Shown here one piece after another: positions 39,156 to 53,471 of a DNA stretch of 64,000 nt (positions are counted from its first letter, which is position 1; every line of letters starts with the position of its first letter). The stretch is from contig NW_024704743.1 in NCBI RefSeq assembly GCF_018977255.1, positions 86,182,001-86,246,000 of the forward strand, in the 5' to 3' direction. Both the position numbers and the translations under genes were made by a program. The notes beneath the pieces were generated by a model. That model was not told the origin of the DNA, did no database searches, and saw nothing but the letters and a program-made list of their open reading frames with translations. This DNA is from Callorhinchus milii (Eukaryota).

Positions 39156-41249
39156 TATGTATTTGCATTGTAGTTATGAAACGACTAGTACGGTGTATTG
39201 CTGTTGAGTTATAGCACTTTGCTCGACGATAGATACAAAAGATTTTTGGTGTAAAGATTTATTTTGTTCCATCACTATCTTCGCACATCCAGGATGACAG
39301 ACCAATTTTTTAAAAATATGACATAAAATTTTGGCTTATTCAGGCTTATCATCTAACACAAATTGAGTTTCATTCCGGGTATCCCCATTATGTGTTCTTG
39401 CTTAAAATTACACAGAAGCTGGGCTGGTTACATTCCACCTGGAGAGTTCTTTACCTATCAGTCTTGACTGTTCAAACAAGCCTAGTTGGTGATGGGTATG
39501 TTTGTGTTGTCAGAGCAAATTGATGTGGGGGAGATGAATTCCTTTCTTTTCCTCTCAAACACACCAAAACAAGTAAATTTGTGGACTAAAAATTGTATTG
39601 AGTATTGAAAATGGAACGCGCTTTTGATGTATCTATAAATGTAACAATTGATAACTTTACTGCAAGCTAACATAAGTTACAAATGCCCCGTGAAGTTGTT
39701 TCCAATTTATTTGGTTGCTACAGCTTTTTATTTTACATTCCACTCGTGAAGCAAACCTTTTTTGTTTTGTTTTTATTTGAGGATCACTTCTTCTAAGGGA
39801 TCTTTGAAACAGCGAGAGGTGGTGGGGGGTGTGTATGAGTTGTAGATAGATTAAATGCCCATACTGAAATATATATGTAATCAACTTAAGATGTCAGTGT
39901 AGTCTGGGCTTTATACTAACACCTTGGTATTTACTAATTTTCATAGGATCAGTGAGTGGAGTGTTACCTCTGAATAACCTCAGCAATATGTTTGCTTTAA
40001 GAACTGGGTACAGCACACAAAATGTATAATTTGCTGCCAAAACTAAGAAATAAGTTGGAGTGAGACTGGAAACTAGAGTTTGATATTATGCTACTGATCA
40101 CAGTATATTAATGTTTTATATTTGGCAGTGTACTGGAAGTTTATTACAATTCATAATTCATTGATTATTCTATTCAGTGGTGTTCAAAACTGCCAGCTGT
40201 ACACAAGGTCATCGTGTTTTGAGTATTTTTATGAAGACGGTTATTTTTAGTAATGAAAAAAAGTGCATAGTCGCATTGGAATTGTCCATCTTCAATGCAA
40301 TTTTACAATCTGTTAGCAACTTGTTACTGGTTAGGGAAAGTACATAAAACCATAGAAATGGACATCACAGAAGAAAGACATTTGAACCATCCTGTTTGCC
40401 TTGAAAAGAGCAACCTTTATGTAACATTTACCTTCCCTTTCCCATATCCCTATGGACAGTCAAGGAGCTTATCCCATTAGTGTCAGAAATCATGTCTGCT
40501 TTTTCTGACAATCCAATGTGTGCTACTTTGGAGGGAAGTGGGGGAGAGAGGCGTCCTCTGTTGCTTCTCGCAAAGAGCATTTATTTTGATGGACTCTGCA
40601 GAGGCAGCCTGGTTTAATTTTATTAAGTCATGGACTGAAAATGATGGGGTCTGTGCTTTACAGTGGGATCTTGCAATGGAGTTGATCTTGCTTCTTAAAG
40701 AAAAGCTTAGTCAGGATTTCATCTTAACAATGAACTATGTTAAAATAACAAGCCTATCGCCAAAATTTATGGAGTTTGTTTTGAGTGCAGTCTGAAGTAA
40801 ATGGCTTCAAGTCAACATTTTTTTGGAGTTAAATCCAGTTCATGTAATTGGTTAAAGGCTAAACATCCCTGTTATGAGTTTTGTTTTTAAAATCTGAATT
40901 AATTGATATTTGTTTAATGATCTGCTCTCCTTAACTTATTTTTATTTAAACACTCAGTACCGATGGGAGTTCATTTTTGGTCTGACTTACACTAGTGGAA
41001 AAATCAAACGGTTTGTATTGCAGTAGTTGCACAGAGTTTCTCTCCAGACTAAACAACCCCCTTCACTCAAGGCGTTTTCAGCGCCATTGGTAGTTACAGA
41101 TTGCAAACAACAGAATTGAAGTCCCATCAATTTCAGCAGGTATATGCAAACGTCAATGTCTCATAGAAGGGAATATATTGTACTTTGAAAAATAGGGTCA
41201 GTTGATCAGCTCTTGCCAATTACCCTCATGCTGTCACTAATCTATCAAT

Positions 41250-41745
41250 AACAAATCACATTTGTGTAGCGCTTTTCACATTGGGAGCACGTCCCAAAGT
41301 GCTGGACAGTTAGAGATTTTAGGGATTTGGATCTGAGCTGGGGGTTAGGATCAGGGAGGGTAGAAGAGTGACCCAAGGTGCAGTCGAAGGGGAGGGTCTT
41401 GAGACGGGCCTTGAAGGAGGCAAGGGACCCAGCAAGGCAAAGGGACTGTGAGTTCCAAAGGGTTGGCGCAGAGAGTCTGAAGGTCTGAATGCCGATGGTG
41501 GGAAGGAGCGGACAGGTTGATATGTAGTTAGCAGGTCACAGAGGTAGGAAGGAGCAAGTCCATGGAGGGCTTTAAAGATGATGATGATGAGGATTTTGAT
41601 CTCTATCCTCTGGGAGCCAGTGGAGCCAGGTGAGGATTGGGGGTGATAGGGTCATGGAGCCTGGTGCGAGAAAGGATACAAGCTTCAGAGTTCTATATTA
41701 TCTGCAGCTTGTGGAGAGAAGATCTGGGAAGGACAACAAGCAGGA
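41250..41745 (-). mobile_element. L2-clade LINE 3' fragment, reverse orientation
   Basis: Tail catttgtgtagcgcttttcacattgggagcacgtcccaaagtgctggaca, then ggagccagtggagccaggtgaggattgggggtgat (reverse complement of the ITPIL..LHWLP region). Confidence 0.75.
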
Positions 41746-42079
41746 GTTAGCATTGTACTACCAGAAGCATCCGATTTGTTGCATATGATGTAACTACTAT
41801 TTTTGTAACTCGTCATTACGGAACCATTTAACCACATGTACTGAGAAAAATGTTAGTCCTTTACTTCCTGCTATGCCATAGGTAAGAATAATAATTTAGA
41901 CTCTGATTTCAACCAGTTGTCAGACGTTAGGTTGAGGTAATCTAGCTCAGAAGAGGGAGGATTAATTTGGATCAGACAAATCTGGATTTGCTTTGCTCCA
42001 TTCTTGTGGATCAAATCATGGACGGCAAAATTCTTTCCAGCCTTCAAAATCTAAAACGTTTTTGAAGGTTTACAAAATA

Positions 42080-42490
42080 CTCTTACTTCTGAGTCAGAAA
42101 GTTGTACGTTGAAACCTTACATCAGGAATTTGAGCTTAGAGTCTAGGCTGACACTCCAGGGCATTGCTAGGGGAGAGCTGCATAATCACAGGTACAGTCC
42201 ATTGGAATGAGATATTAAACCGAAGTCCTGACTGACTGTTCAGGTGGAAGTTAAAGATGCCATGGTACTATTTCAAAGGGAAGGGGGTTTCACCTGGTAT
42301 CTTGGACAGTAACTCCATCACCCCCTGATTTAAAATTGGTTATTCAATTCATGACAGTTTATGGGACGTTGTGTACAAGTTAGATGCCCCATTCACCTAT
42401 CAATGATCACTGCATTTTACAGTAAAATCCTGTGAAACACATGTGAGATGTTCCAACAACATAAGGCACTATATTAAATGCAATGATTTT
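42080..42490 (+). mobile_element. Deu-domain SINE
   Basis: ctcttacttctgagtcagaaagttg...gagatattaaaccgaagtcc...ttcaggtggaagttaaagatgccatggtactatttc, plus tail. Confidence 0.7.
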
Positions 42491-43339
42491 TATAAAAATA
42501 GAATAGCTTTAGCTTGACTAGGAATAGTTTTAGCTGGACTAGGAATGAGAAGCTTGCCTGACAATGCTTTCAATTACCAGCTTTTTGGTTTTAGCCTGGA
42601 TAAGTTCCAGTAGTAGTAACCTGACATACACTCTAGGGTCCCCAAGTCTTAGCTCTTATCAACCTGTGAATAATAATCTCTGACATTAGGTAAGAATGGG
42701 ATGTTTAGGTGGGATGTATGGAACACTGTTTGGATACACTTAAACGTGGTGATAGAATTCCGTATATCATGCCTGCATGTCTGGCTGATCCATTTTTTAA
42801 ATATAAAAATCCAATGATCACTCTGATGTGGAGATTGTTTTAATACCCCAAACTTTCATGCCTTGAAACATTTGTATTTTCCAATTTCTCTAAGACACAT
42901 ATTGGCAATAGTATGAGACTGCATATTGTACATTGCTTTGGTAGCCTTATGTGACAGATGAGATCTTGATCAAATTACACTGTGATGGATATTTCACATA
43001 CTAAATTCTGGTTACCCTAAATGCAGTGTTGTTCCGCTGACAAATATTTAAGCAATGTATTGCAGAACTTAAAACCACAGACCTCTCATTTCCCTTAAAT
43101 GTGAAAAATTTGAGTTGAGTCCATATGACTTTTTTAAACCAAGGAAACTTTATTGGGAGTTGGATTTGTATCTATGATCTGGAAGCAAATTTATGCTGAA
43201 CCAAAGTGCCATTTATTCTAGTTCATCACTCGCTCCCTCCCAAATGGAGTAGTTTTCTTAAGTAATTTCTCCTTCCTAATTTTTTCTGTAACTGTCTTAT
43301 CCATTTTTAGTGCCAAGTGTCTCAATTGATAGCACTTGT

Positions 43340-43900
43340 AATAATAATCCTTCCATTTGGTATAACGCCTTTCACATCCTCCAGCCATGAAGTGAATAAC
43401 CAATTTTATTTGGGGGAGTATTGGCAAGGACACTAGGAGACACTCCCTTGTCATTTTGATTAGCACCAAGAATCATTAACATCCACCTAAACAAGCAGAT
43501 GAGGCTTCAATTTAATGTCTCAACCAAATGAGTTGCAAGTCCCGAAGTGGGGCTCAAACTCACAACCTTCTAGCTCAGAGGTGAAAGTAAGGACTACCAA
43601 TTGAGTCAGGTTGACTCTTGCCTCTGAGTCAGAAAGTTGTTGGTTCAAGGCTCACATCAGAACTTTGAGCTCATAATCCAGGCAGAAGCAGGAACACTAT
43701 ACTGGGAGGTGCTGAACTGTCAAAGGTGCTATCCCTTGGATGTGCCATTGAGCCACCCATTCACCTACACTTTAAAGAACTCAAGAAACTTTTCAGAAAG
43801 AGAAGGAATTGTTTCCAAAGAGTCCTGGGGAACAATCTCTCGGGTAAATTCTGTCACTTTATGGCGGTTTGGGGGACACTGTTGCATGGAAATTGCAAAC
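43340..43900. mobile_element. Two Deu-domain SINEs joined head-to-head (minus ~43340-43614, plus ~43612-43900)
   Basis: gggctcaaactcacaaccttctagctcagagg...gagtcaggttgac is directly followed by ctcttgcctctgagtcagaaagttgttggttcaagg. Confidence 0.65.
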
Positions 43901-46099
43901 AGTATTGGCCTTGACAACAATTCCAGTAAAGCTGGCAGGTGGACTGGTTGGATTGTGTGATCAGAAGCTGTCTCCACTTGTGCGACTGGTATTTGCATAT
44001 TGAGGAATCCAGTTAAGAAACGCTTCAAATTAGGCCCTCACTATCATAAGCTTACACTTTAGGAGCCTTAGGCTAGCTCGGCCCTTCAACCCAATGTTAG
44101 TTTTTGATCTCTGAACATAGAAATTGGTTAATTTGATCTTCCCTTAATAACTAGACGTAACACCTGCCAGTTAATTATGTGACCTAATTTGTTCTTTGAT
44201 TCTGCTTCTCGTCAATGAAACGCAGTTGCTTAAGAATAGATATATTTTACATTTCATTTAGACTGAACTAAGTAGTAATAGCCTCATGACTCCATCAAGT
44301 CTGGTCTAACTGCAGCTCTGTACATTCACAGAAGAATCTAAATTTACACTTGGCAATGAAAGTGTTTATTATAATTTCTTTTATAAACCATTTAGACATT
44401 GTTTCCCTCTTTATTTACAGTACTTGTAGAATTCATGTGCTGTTTAGCTATTGAATGCTAAGATTATTACACTTTATTTTTTTTATAAAAATAGGTATTC
44501 CAGGGATATGTTTTATTCATCATATTTGAACCATTTTGTGTTTGCGATTTTTTTAGTAATATCCTAATTGTGGTAATGTAAGTTTTTAATTTGTGAAGGG
44601 CTGATTTCTAGCCTTATAAACGCCAAACTTGGGGATGCTATCACACAAGATTCTTCCTTTGGGTGCGGAATGAAGGCAGACTTTTGTGACTTGACTCCTC
44701 CCACAGGCATCCAAGCAAAATTCTAGAATATTTTTCTCCCCCCACCCCCATTTAATTTTTATACACACACACAGATTGACTGTTATGCCAAGTTAGATTT
44801 TCTACTGGAATTCCTGTCTTTCATGATCTTCTTTATGCCAACTAACTCTTCTCCTAAAAGCATTGGCACGTACTAGGATACTGATCTCATTACCGAGCAG
44901 CAGTACCTTCAGCGACATTATTCTGTTCATTTAAGATTTGTTTTCTCAATCAATATCAAGTTCATTCCCCAGTAAAGCTTTAGTGAAAACATACTGAAGG
45001 TAGGCTTGACCTAGCCAAATTGATCTAATCTGGAATGTTGGATGTCTGATCCAGTTTGGTATGTCTGCTAAACCCTTAACACCAAGTTTTTTTTAACTTT
45101 TATTTCTATCTTCACTTGTGCTGAGGTGCAGTTGTATGTAGGGTAATTGAAGTACCTTGCTTGAATAGCCATTCTTTATATATGAAACTATTTGGCAAGC
45201 AATCTATTGTTGTGCTAAATATAAAGTTGCTTGTGGTTGAATCTATCTATAGACCTGGACCTTTGAAATTTGAGTGAGGACTCCATCCTGTAACTGGAAG
45301 CAAGTCCTACCATCTACTTTGAAGATGAATCCACTTCTTGTAGTTTTACATGGTGTATAACTAGGTTCCCGATTAAATAAACTGTTCAGAAATCCCTACA
45401 TGTTAAAGAAAAGCACATTTCAAGGATGAAATCTGGGAACCTCCTTATTTTGCATGTCTTAGTACTTAGTATTAATTTGACCTGAACCATAAGAGTGATG
45501 ATCTAACATTATTCTAATTTTCTTGAAACCCATTCTGCTTAACTGCAAGAATACACATATTTGTAAAATAGGTTTTCTATACAAAAGTTCGGTTTGACCC
45601 TCTCAAGTTCGTCCTAAGTGGCCACAAGTTATTTTTAAGTCCGAAGTCTCAAGTGCAAAGTACAGTTTAACAATCTTACCATGTTTTGAAAACTAGAAAT
45701 GTTATACTGTGAAATCTTTATTAAAATGTACAAGTGGGGATGTTATTAGATTTATAGCACAATATAAATGAAAAACGTAGATGGGGAATGTTTGGCAGCA
45801 CTGTAAAATAGCAGCATGAGTTTGGAAATAATTCAGGGCAATGGAGGGGTCCTGCTGAGCAGTGATGATGTATGGAAAGTACACAGAGTAATATTTGGAC
45901 CCGATATCTGGATTTAGAGGCAAGCTGGCAAGTGCTTTGATTTTAACACGCGTTCACTGACCAGTGTGCATTCATTATATAACTTATAAATGTTAATAAA
46001 TTATTCTGCACTGGTGCCTGGTGAAGATTAGTTTCACCTTAAAGCGCAACACTTGCCTAACTGCTGACAATGTTGCACATCTCAGAATTCACCTGAAAT

Positions 46100-46428
46100 A
46101 ATTGTTACATTTGGTGTAGCATGATTCACGTCAGGAGGATGTCTGAAAGACCTTCACAGGAATACATTGTAAAGTATAGTAACTGTTTGTAGACAAACTC
46201 GACAGCCAGCTTGCCCACAGCAACGTCCCACAAAGAGCCAGTTTTATCAGTTTTATTTGGGGGATTATCAAACCAACTAAGCAGCTGGTTTAATATCTCA
46301 TCCAAAGAATGGCATTTCCAGCAATGTAGCACACCGCTGGTGTGTTGGCATGTTTAGTTCAAAGTCTTGACGTGGGGCTTGAATCCTTCTGACACAGCGA
46401 GAGTGCTACCAAGGGAACCAGGCTGACC
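46100..46428 (-). mobile_element. Deu-domain SINE, reverse orientation, internally deleted
   Basis: ggggcttgaatccttctgacacagcgagagtgctacc...ccaggctgac. Confidence 0.65.
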
Positions 46429-46659
46429 CACTTCTTTTAGCTTTTTTTCATAACCAAAATAAACCAGAAGTGGTAAGAACCCCAAAAGGTTGGAAATCTG
46501 AATTAAAATTTGAGGTGAATATTTCAGCCATAAAGTCTTTTGACGTTGACTTTTGACCTGCTGCTTATTCCCAGCAAGGTTTTGCTCTTATTTTGGAATC
46601 TTTATCTATACTCATTTGGGAGGACTTGGTGCTGTAAAATGTAATTTTGTTTTTGTTAT

Positions 46660-47031
46660 TTTCTTCCTGCCGCTTGGCTACGTGCGTGCTCTGTGACGCA
46701 GGATGCCACAGCGTCACGGTCAGCCGGCACGGCCACCAGGTGTAACTGCAGTGCATGCGTACACAAGTGTTCTGTGACGCACGATGCCACAGCGTCACTT
46801 TGACTCAATGGCCACCAGGTGTAACTGCAGCAAAAACCACAAAACTGAAAATAACTCATGAACGATAGGAGATGCCCAAAAACAAATATGCCCATGTCAC
46901 TCCCAATTACAAGACCTTTCCGATGAGGTATAAATCATGACTCGACATCAATCGTTTATTGAGATCCTTCTTGAAGCGCAGACAGACATTGTTGTTTTAT
47001 TAATATATATATATATATGTTATATAATAGA
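46660..47031 (-). mobile_element. Helitron-like non-autonomous element, 5' end
   Basis: The minus strand begins A|TCTATTATATA...ATAAAACAACAATGTCTGTCTG...ATCTCAATAAACG...TCGGAAAGGTCTTG, resembling Helitron 5' termini. No clear CTRR 3' end was found. Confidence 0.4.
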
Positions 47032-50000
47032 TGGAAGAAGATAGATTATCAGGATCCACATTTTTGTTTTTCCTTTGTTCTCAACATCCTGCACACAAGA
47101 TAACATTAGACTTACTTGGAGCTGGATGTTTGGGGGGTTTTGAATGGAACACTTTCCCCTTTAAGGAATTCCTGTGTTTTTATGTCTTACCCATGTTGTG
47201 CTTGAGGTGAGTTGGCTCTGCTTACCTACAGTTATGTTTTCCCCAAGTCCACTGGTTGAATTCAGTGGGAATATCATTCATCTTGGATTTTGGTTGCTGT
47301 GATGCCAAATTCTGAACCTCCTAATGCAGTTTGCTGGATTAGCACCAGCCTCTCTAAAGCACCAAGCAGCACAGAATTGACTTATTCCATTATTCCCACA
47401 ATTTCACCAGGGATCGGACATTTGGGCACATTTTATTCAACACATTTTGTTCTGCTATTTCATGTTCCAATAAACTGAATTCAAAATGGTACAGATTATG
47501 TATCCAATTTAGTTATCGGAAAGTGGCTCAATTTCAGATACATTTTATCCCCAGTACGTATTTGTGAAAAGTTGATAATTGTGCAAACAATCNTTTTAGT
47601 ACTTTTTTTATTTTTAAAGCCCTGTAATATAAAGAAATTAATTACAAGTCTTTTTTTATCCTGCAAAAAAATTGGTTTTCTTCAATAAAAGGCAGCTGGG
47701 CATGCAGTTGTAAATCTTAGTTTGTTTTACATCTGTCAAATCCAACTTTATTGCTTCAAAGAAGACTGCTAAGTAAACGAAAGAAACACCGTCTATTATT
47801 CTCCATTAGACGTTTTGAGTCCTGACCGTGCAGGAACCATGTTGCTTATAGAAAAGCTAGCAGTTGGATGTTAAACAAGATAAATTATGCCACTGTGACT
47901 ATATTTTCACATTTTAAATTTGGTTTGGGTTTAGTGTCCAAATTTGAGGAACTCCTTTTTAATGTGTTTTTAATGCCATTTGATGCGACTGAGAAGTCAC
48001 TGCGACTAAAGCTTATGAAAAACAAGTGACCAACCCATGGTCTCCTTTTACTATTGCAGATTCAACTTGGTGTAAGCATTTCTCCACCCTCTTAGCTAAC
48101 AATTCATTACAAGGCTAACTGAACCTGAAGTAAAAAGTGTAAAACGATGAGGTGCAAAGGCGTTTGAGCAATCCTGTCCCAATATCATTAATCTTCTGGA
48201 TTTGTGGATGTGGTTTGTTGTTCTGGCAAGCATGAGATCCCAATGTTGCAAAACCTTAAGTGTGTTGTGTACCTTGCACCCTTTTTTTAATATATATTTA
48301 TGGGTGTGAATCTTGTCAAGAATCGTAGGTAGAGATAAGTCAATCCAACGTGCTAATGGGCTGCCATTTTTGTAAAGGCTAATTTTCTGGTTTCAGAGCT
48401 CTTCACAGATTGTAAACATCTCTTCAAGATTAAAACCAGAATCATTGGGTCTTTCAATACACAATCAATATATTTTTATATTATATAGGATGGATGTTGA
48501 TCAGTAATGCTTAACATTTTGGGCAAGTAAAAGTTTGTTTTGGTCCTACATGTTGCACCGATCACACTAACAAATCTGACAGAATAGTACAGCTGTTTCC
48601 AGAGAAGAAGCAGATGGTGTTTAAATTTGCTGGATTGATTACACAAATGATTCCTTGCTGTACTTAACAACACTTACCATCTACCCCATTATTTATTTAA
48701 TCAGCCTGGTATGTAGTTGTTCCACTGCTGAATATTGTGGGAGTTTGACTGACTGGGTGAAGAGAGAGAGAGAGGGATAGGTCTTTTTCCCAAGGAATTG
48801 AAGGAAGCCAGAAATGATTGCTCGAGTGATGTGTTGAACTGCTACCTTTGCACCAAAACTTTAGAATAGAAATAGTCCAAAGGTATCCTTTCTAACCCAT
48901 CCCCCCCTTTTTTTCTTTTTCCTGAACACCTGACTCATTCTGGGGTATGGATACTGGGGGTGCTGGAGGGAGTGGGGGCTTCTCTGATACCTTGCTTCAC
49001 GTGTTCAAAATTAATTGGGGTGTTTTGAAACGGGTGTAAGAAGATGCTTGGGAAGTAAGGGCAAGAAGAAAAGATAGGGACATAGGATTAAAATATCTAC
49101 CATGTTCTGATAATCAGGGCAGAACAGGCAAATGGTCTGAATGGCCTCCTCCTGTTCCTTGAGTTCCTTTTACACAAGGACATATGGTGATTGTCTATTT
49201 GACATTACCCAAGTATTGTCCCCATCTCATGGCCATAGAGGTTTACTTTCCAGCAGGCGTCATTGGATTGTGATCTTCAACTTTTCCACAAACCAACAAA
49301 CAATGGATCAATTGTAACACTTCCTACAGGTTACTCAGCACAGACCAGGGATCAAACCTGGGACCTTCTTTGGAGTCTGGTTGCGTTACATTGGAACGGT
49401 GCATTTACCTATAGTATAATCCTGATTGCAGGGGCTTGACTGGCAATGACCGTTTCAGTTAGGTGCAGATCCGTAAAACTGAAGATGTAGCTGCAAAGTC
49501 TAAATACAAATCAACAATATGGTTGACTGTCTGGCAGTGCTTTGATGCAGTGCCTGTGCTTTGCATCAACCTCAGTGCATCAAGGAGACTTCCAGTTCAA
49601 GAAGAAATTGCATTAAGATGAAAAATGTGATGTGTACATGACATATCCCATTTTTCACCTAGTTATGTGGAAAGTCTCAGAACTGAAAACCGTGCTGTAT
49701 GTCTACAGCTACTAAAGGTGAGGGATGCTTGTCCTTTGGAGAACTGATTATATCCAGTGTCTGCACCAGAACCTCCTGATCTAGTACACCGCAAAAGCTT
49801 GATGCAATCCAGCTCCCTTCCTGGTTTCTTTTACATTGTTTTTTGATTCCACCTTCAGTCTACTATCCTGTACTTCCTGAATTGGTGTCTATGTGGAATC
49901 CTTGTAGCCAGAGTGAGCCAGAAATCCTCAAATAATGGACAATTTATGCATAATTCTCTCTGCAGTAAATTGCAGTAAAACTCGCTCATGAGGAGATGTC

Positions 50001-51334
50001 CGCCTATCAGTCCAAGCTCAATGCTTCCATCTGTGTCTACAGAAAACTTACCCACAAATTCACAGTCACTACACCTTACAGTAAATACCGTGAAGTGCTT
50101 TAAGACGTTTTAGCTGTATGATGAGGTGCCATATCTATTATTTTATTAAATTGCCAAGCTCACTTGTGGTGTTGAATGCAACCAAAATGAGAAGTTTTTC
50201 ACTCCTCAGTATGAGCTTGGGACTGAGTTTAAAAGATGAAGACTCAACATATTTTACCTCTTTTTTCAAATCCACGCCCACCTATCAAAATATTCTAAAA
50301 GTGATTTACTAGTCTGAAGTCTGTTGTAATGCTTTTCTTAATAAAAACTTCCCTTTTGAATTTGGCTGTGTTGGCAGATGAATGCAAGCCATAAAGTTGA
50401 TGTTGTGAAGGCCCATAGGAGGGAGGGAGAGGAAATTTATCCTCCTGTACCTCATCACCTCTAAAATATTACTTGCTGCACAGATTTGTAGCATACAAAT
50501 GAGGCCACAATATTTTTATGTCCATTGACGCATCATTTTCTGTGTTCCATTTTAACACAAACGGACAAGCTAATAAAGCCATGAAGGTGGTTTGCGAATT
50601 AAGGGTGAATGTGGCAAGGTGGACATTCCATTGGTTTTATTGTGCGTCATCGACATCTCATCATCTGGATCCTAATTCCTAATCGGAATTTGCTTCTACA
50701 AATGAAAAACATACCATATTTCTAAGGTTCATGAATCTTCTTAGAAAAAAAATCAGTAAACGAATTTGGGACTTTAGAAGACGATAAGATAGTAAAATGA
50801 TTGGGAAGGTTGTTGTCGACCTTTTCACCCTCCCATACTTTGCATGATGTTTTCCACATTCTCAGCACTCCTTTGGATGGAGAGAATTCATGGGGAAATA
50901 GATCTTAAAATCAGAATGTTGTGCGTTGAAGCCACCGCAACACTGTACCGTGGCGTGAGTAAGTTCACAAACCAGTCAAACACAACCTCAGTATTTACAT
51001 AATTTATGATCTTGATATTTTATATCCGCTCAGATATGTTACTTGTGCAGCGTATAAACAATTTATGACTAAATAACTTGAGAGATCACATGCAGCAGTA
51101 CTATGAGCATGTTAACCTGAAAGAAGGAATTTTTTGTCAGAACCATAAATGAACATCTAATTAATTTACCTTGTGCAATTAAATGCTTTGAGACATCTCA
51201 AAAATGTGATAAAGCGCTATATCAAATGCAAGTATTATTATTATCTACTTTTCGTGTTCAGGTGCTTTTACTAATCACGCCAAGAATGACCTTAACAGCG
51301 CTTTGTAATGTCTCAGCAATGTGATTAAGCACTG

Positions 51335-51870
51335 CATCCTCGTTGGGCTGGAAACATGCTGATCCAGAAAGTTCTCCTGAACACATTTCAGGAATTCTTC
51401 CCCTTCCTTGCCCTTTACACTGTGTGTTTCCCAGTTCATGTTAGGATAATTGAAATCCCCCATTATCACTACTCTATTGGTTTTGCATCTCTCCGAAACC
51501 TGCTTGCAGATTTGCTCATCTATCTCCTTCCCACTATTTGGACGTCTGTAGAAAACACCTAACAGAATACAGAGTAACAGCTCCTTTTCTGCTCCGTATC
51601 TCTAACAAAATATATTCAGTTTTTAGACCCTCTAACACCTCGTCCTTTTCCTGGACCGTGACCATGTCCCTAATGAGTATGCCACCCTTATTTCTTTTTT
51701 CCCTTCCCTATCCGTCCTGAATAGGTTGTAGCCAAGAATATTCAGCTCTCATTCCTGTTCTTGCTTGACCCAAGTCTCCGTAATTGCTTCTACATCATAG
51801 CCCCATGTGGCAACTTGAGCCTGCAGCTCATCAAGCTTATTGGTCACGCTTCGTGCATTTATACACATGC
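51335..51870 (-). mobile_element. CR1-clade LINE ORF2 endonuclease fragment (degenerate)
   Basis: ORF 51275..51469(-) reads IMGDFNYPNMNW...EGEEFLKCVQENFLDQHVSSPTR, the APE-type GDFN motif in CR1 context. Confidence 0.85.
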
Positions 51871-53471
51871 ACTCCAAGACTGGCTTAATCCACTCTACAT
51901 TTCTCCTCTGTCTCTTTCCACTTTTTGCTGAACTATTCCTTGTTTCATTTCTATTTGTCTCTCCTCCTCCACTGCGTAACTCGGTTCCCTTCCCAATGAT
52001 ACATTCTGATCCCCATCCCCCCTCGTGCTTTTATACTCAAAACATGTACTTGTAAACTCTATAAAGGAATTCAAAATTTACAGCAAAAGTTTATTTGGGA
52101 GCCTTTTAGGGGAGCTCCCTTTCCTACCCTTCCCCGCACCACGCCCCCACCCTCAACCTGGGCTTCTTTTCAGCCTTGTGAAACTCTTTGAGAAGTCACA
52201 ACATTAATAGTGATCTAAATATAAATTGTTGTGGAGTGGGTGGTAGGAAAAAGGAAAACCCGCAAAGTTCACAAACTGCAGTGATGTTACTCCTTTAGTG
52301 TGCCGTGTGATGAGTCTTGTGAAGCTTGTAATCTGAAAAATGTGTGTCTGTTCAAACCTATTCTGTCCATCTGGACATTAAGTTAATGGAGAGGCTCCTC
52401 AACGCATTGTATTCTGACCTTAGTAAAATGATTCCATCACCACTTTTTAATCTTTAAAATTTAAAATTATTATTGATGACTTGGAACTAAGGCTGAAACC
52501 TAAACTGAACTCTGCTTTTTTGACCATTGATAAAACACCGTCCAATCTTCTTTTATCATTTTTTTAAACAGATGTGCTTCCTAGACTGCCAAGGAAACCC
52601 AAAGCTTCTCCTTTCTCCTCTGCCCTCGCCACCTATCTCCTCTTACCATTACCAAGTCTGCCAGAGCATTCATTCATGACACCACTGAACTGGCAGGGAA
52701 TGGATACAAGGGAGAAAAAAAACACTGCCTCAGAAACATAGCACAGAAATCTGTTTGACACATCAAGCTTGCACCACCTCACACAGCGAAGATATTACTT
52801 CAACCCCACTGCCCATCTCATCTCCATACCCCTTTAAACTCCCTCTTTCATATGCCTCTCTATTATTATAATAATAATACTTGCATTTGATATCGTACCT
52901 TATTACATCATTGAAACATCTATATACTATAAACATTTATAACAGAATATACTGTAATGTGCATTGACTATATTTTCTGGGTGAAAAGTATACAAAAACA
53001 ACACTGCCTTAGAGACATAGAAATCTACAGCACAGAAGGAGGCAATTCAGTCTATCAAGCCTGCATCATCTCACAGAAAAAAAATCTATTTCCCTCTTGA
53101 AGGCTACAATGGACTCTGCCTCCACCACCGTACTCGACTGGGCGTTCCACTCTCTATTCTGTTATTGGCTTTTCTACTCTGCATTAATTTCAGCCATAGA
53201 TCCACGTAGATACCCACACCTGCTAAATGCCTGATATAAAACACGCTACTCGTTTTGTTTTGTCTTTAGGTGCACAAGTGTATTTTATTAAACCAGCTCA
53301 TCTTTTGTGTCTAGGTCTTTATTTTGAGTTAAAATTTCTGTTTTTAAGCCAAAAATTGTGTGTGATTCTTTTTATAAGTAAGACCAAAAATCACTAGATT
53401 TAGAAATTTTTGACCCTCTTATCTAAACTCCCATGCAAACTGACTGTTCTATTGGCCTTCTCTTTTTGAAG

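Noticed and set aside
33419..47593. Single N bases at 33419 and 47593
   Set aside because: Assembly ambiguities next to T-runs, not biological features.
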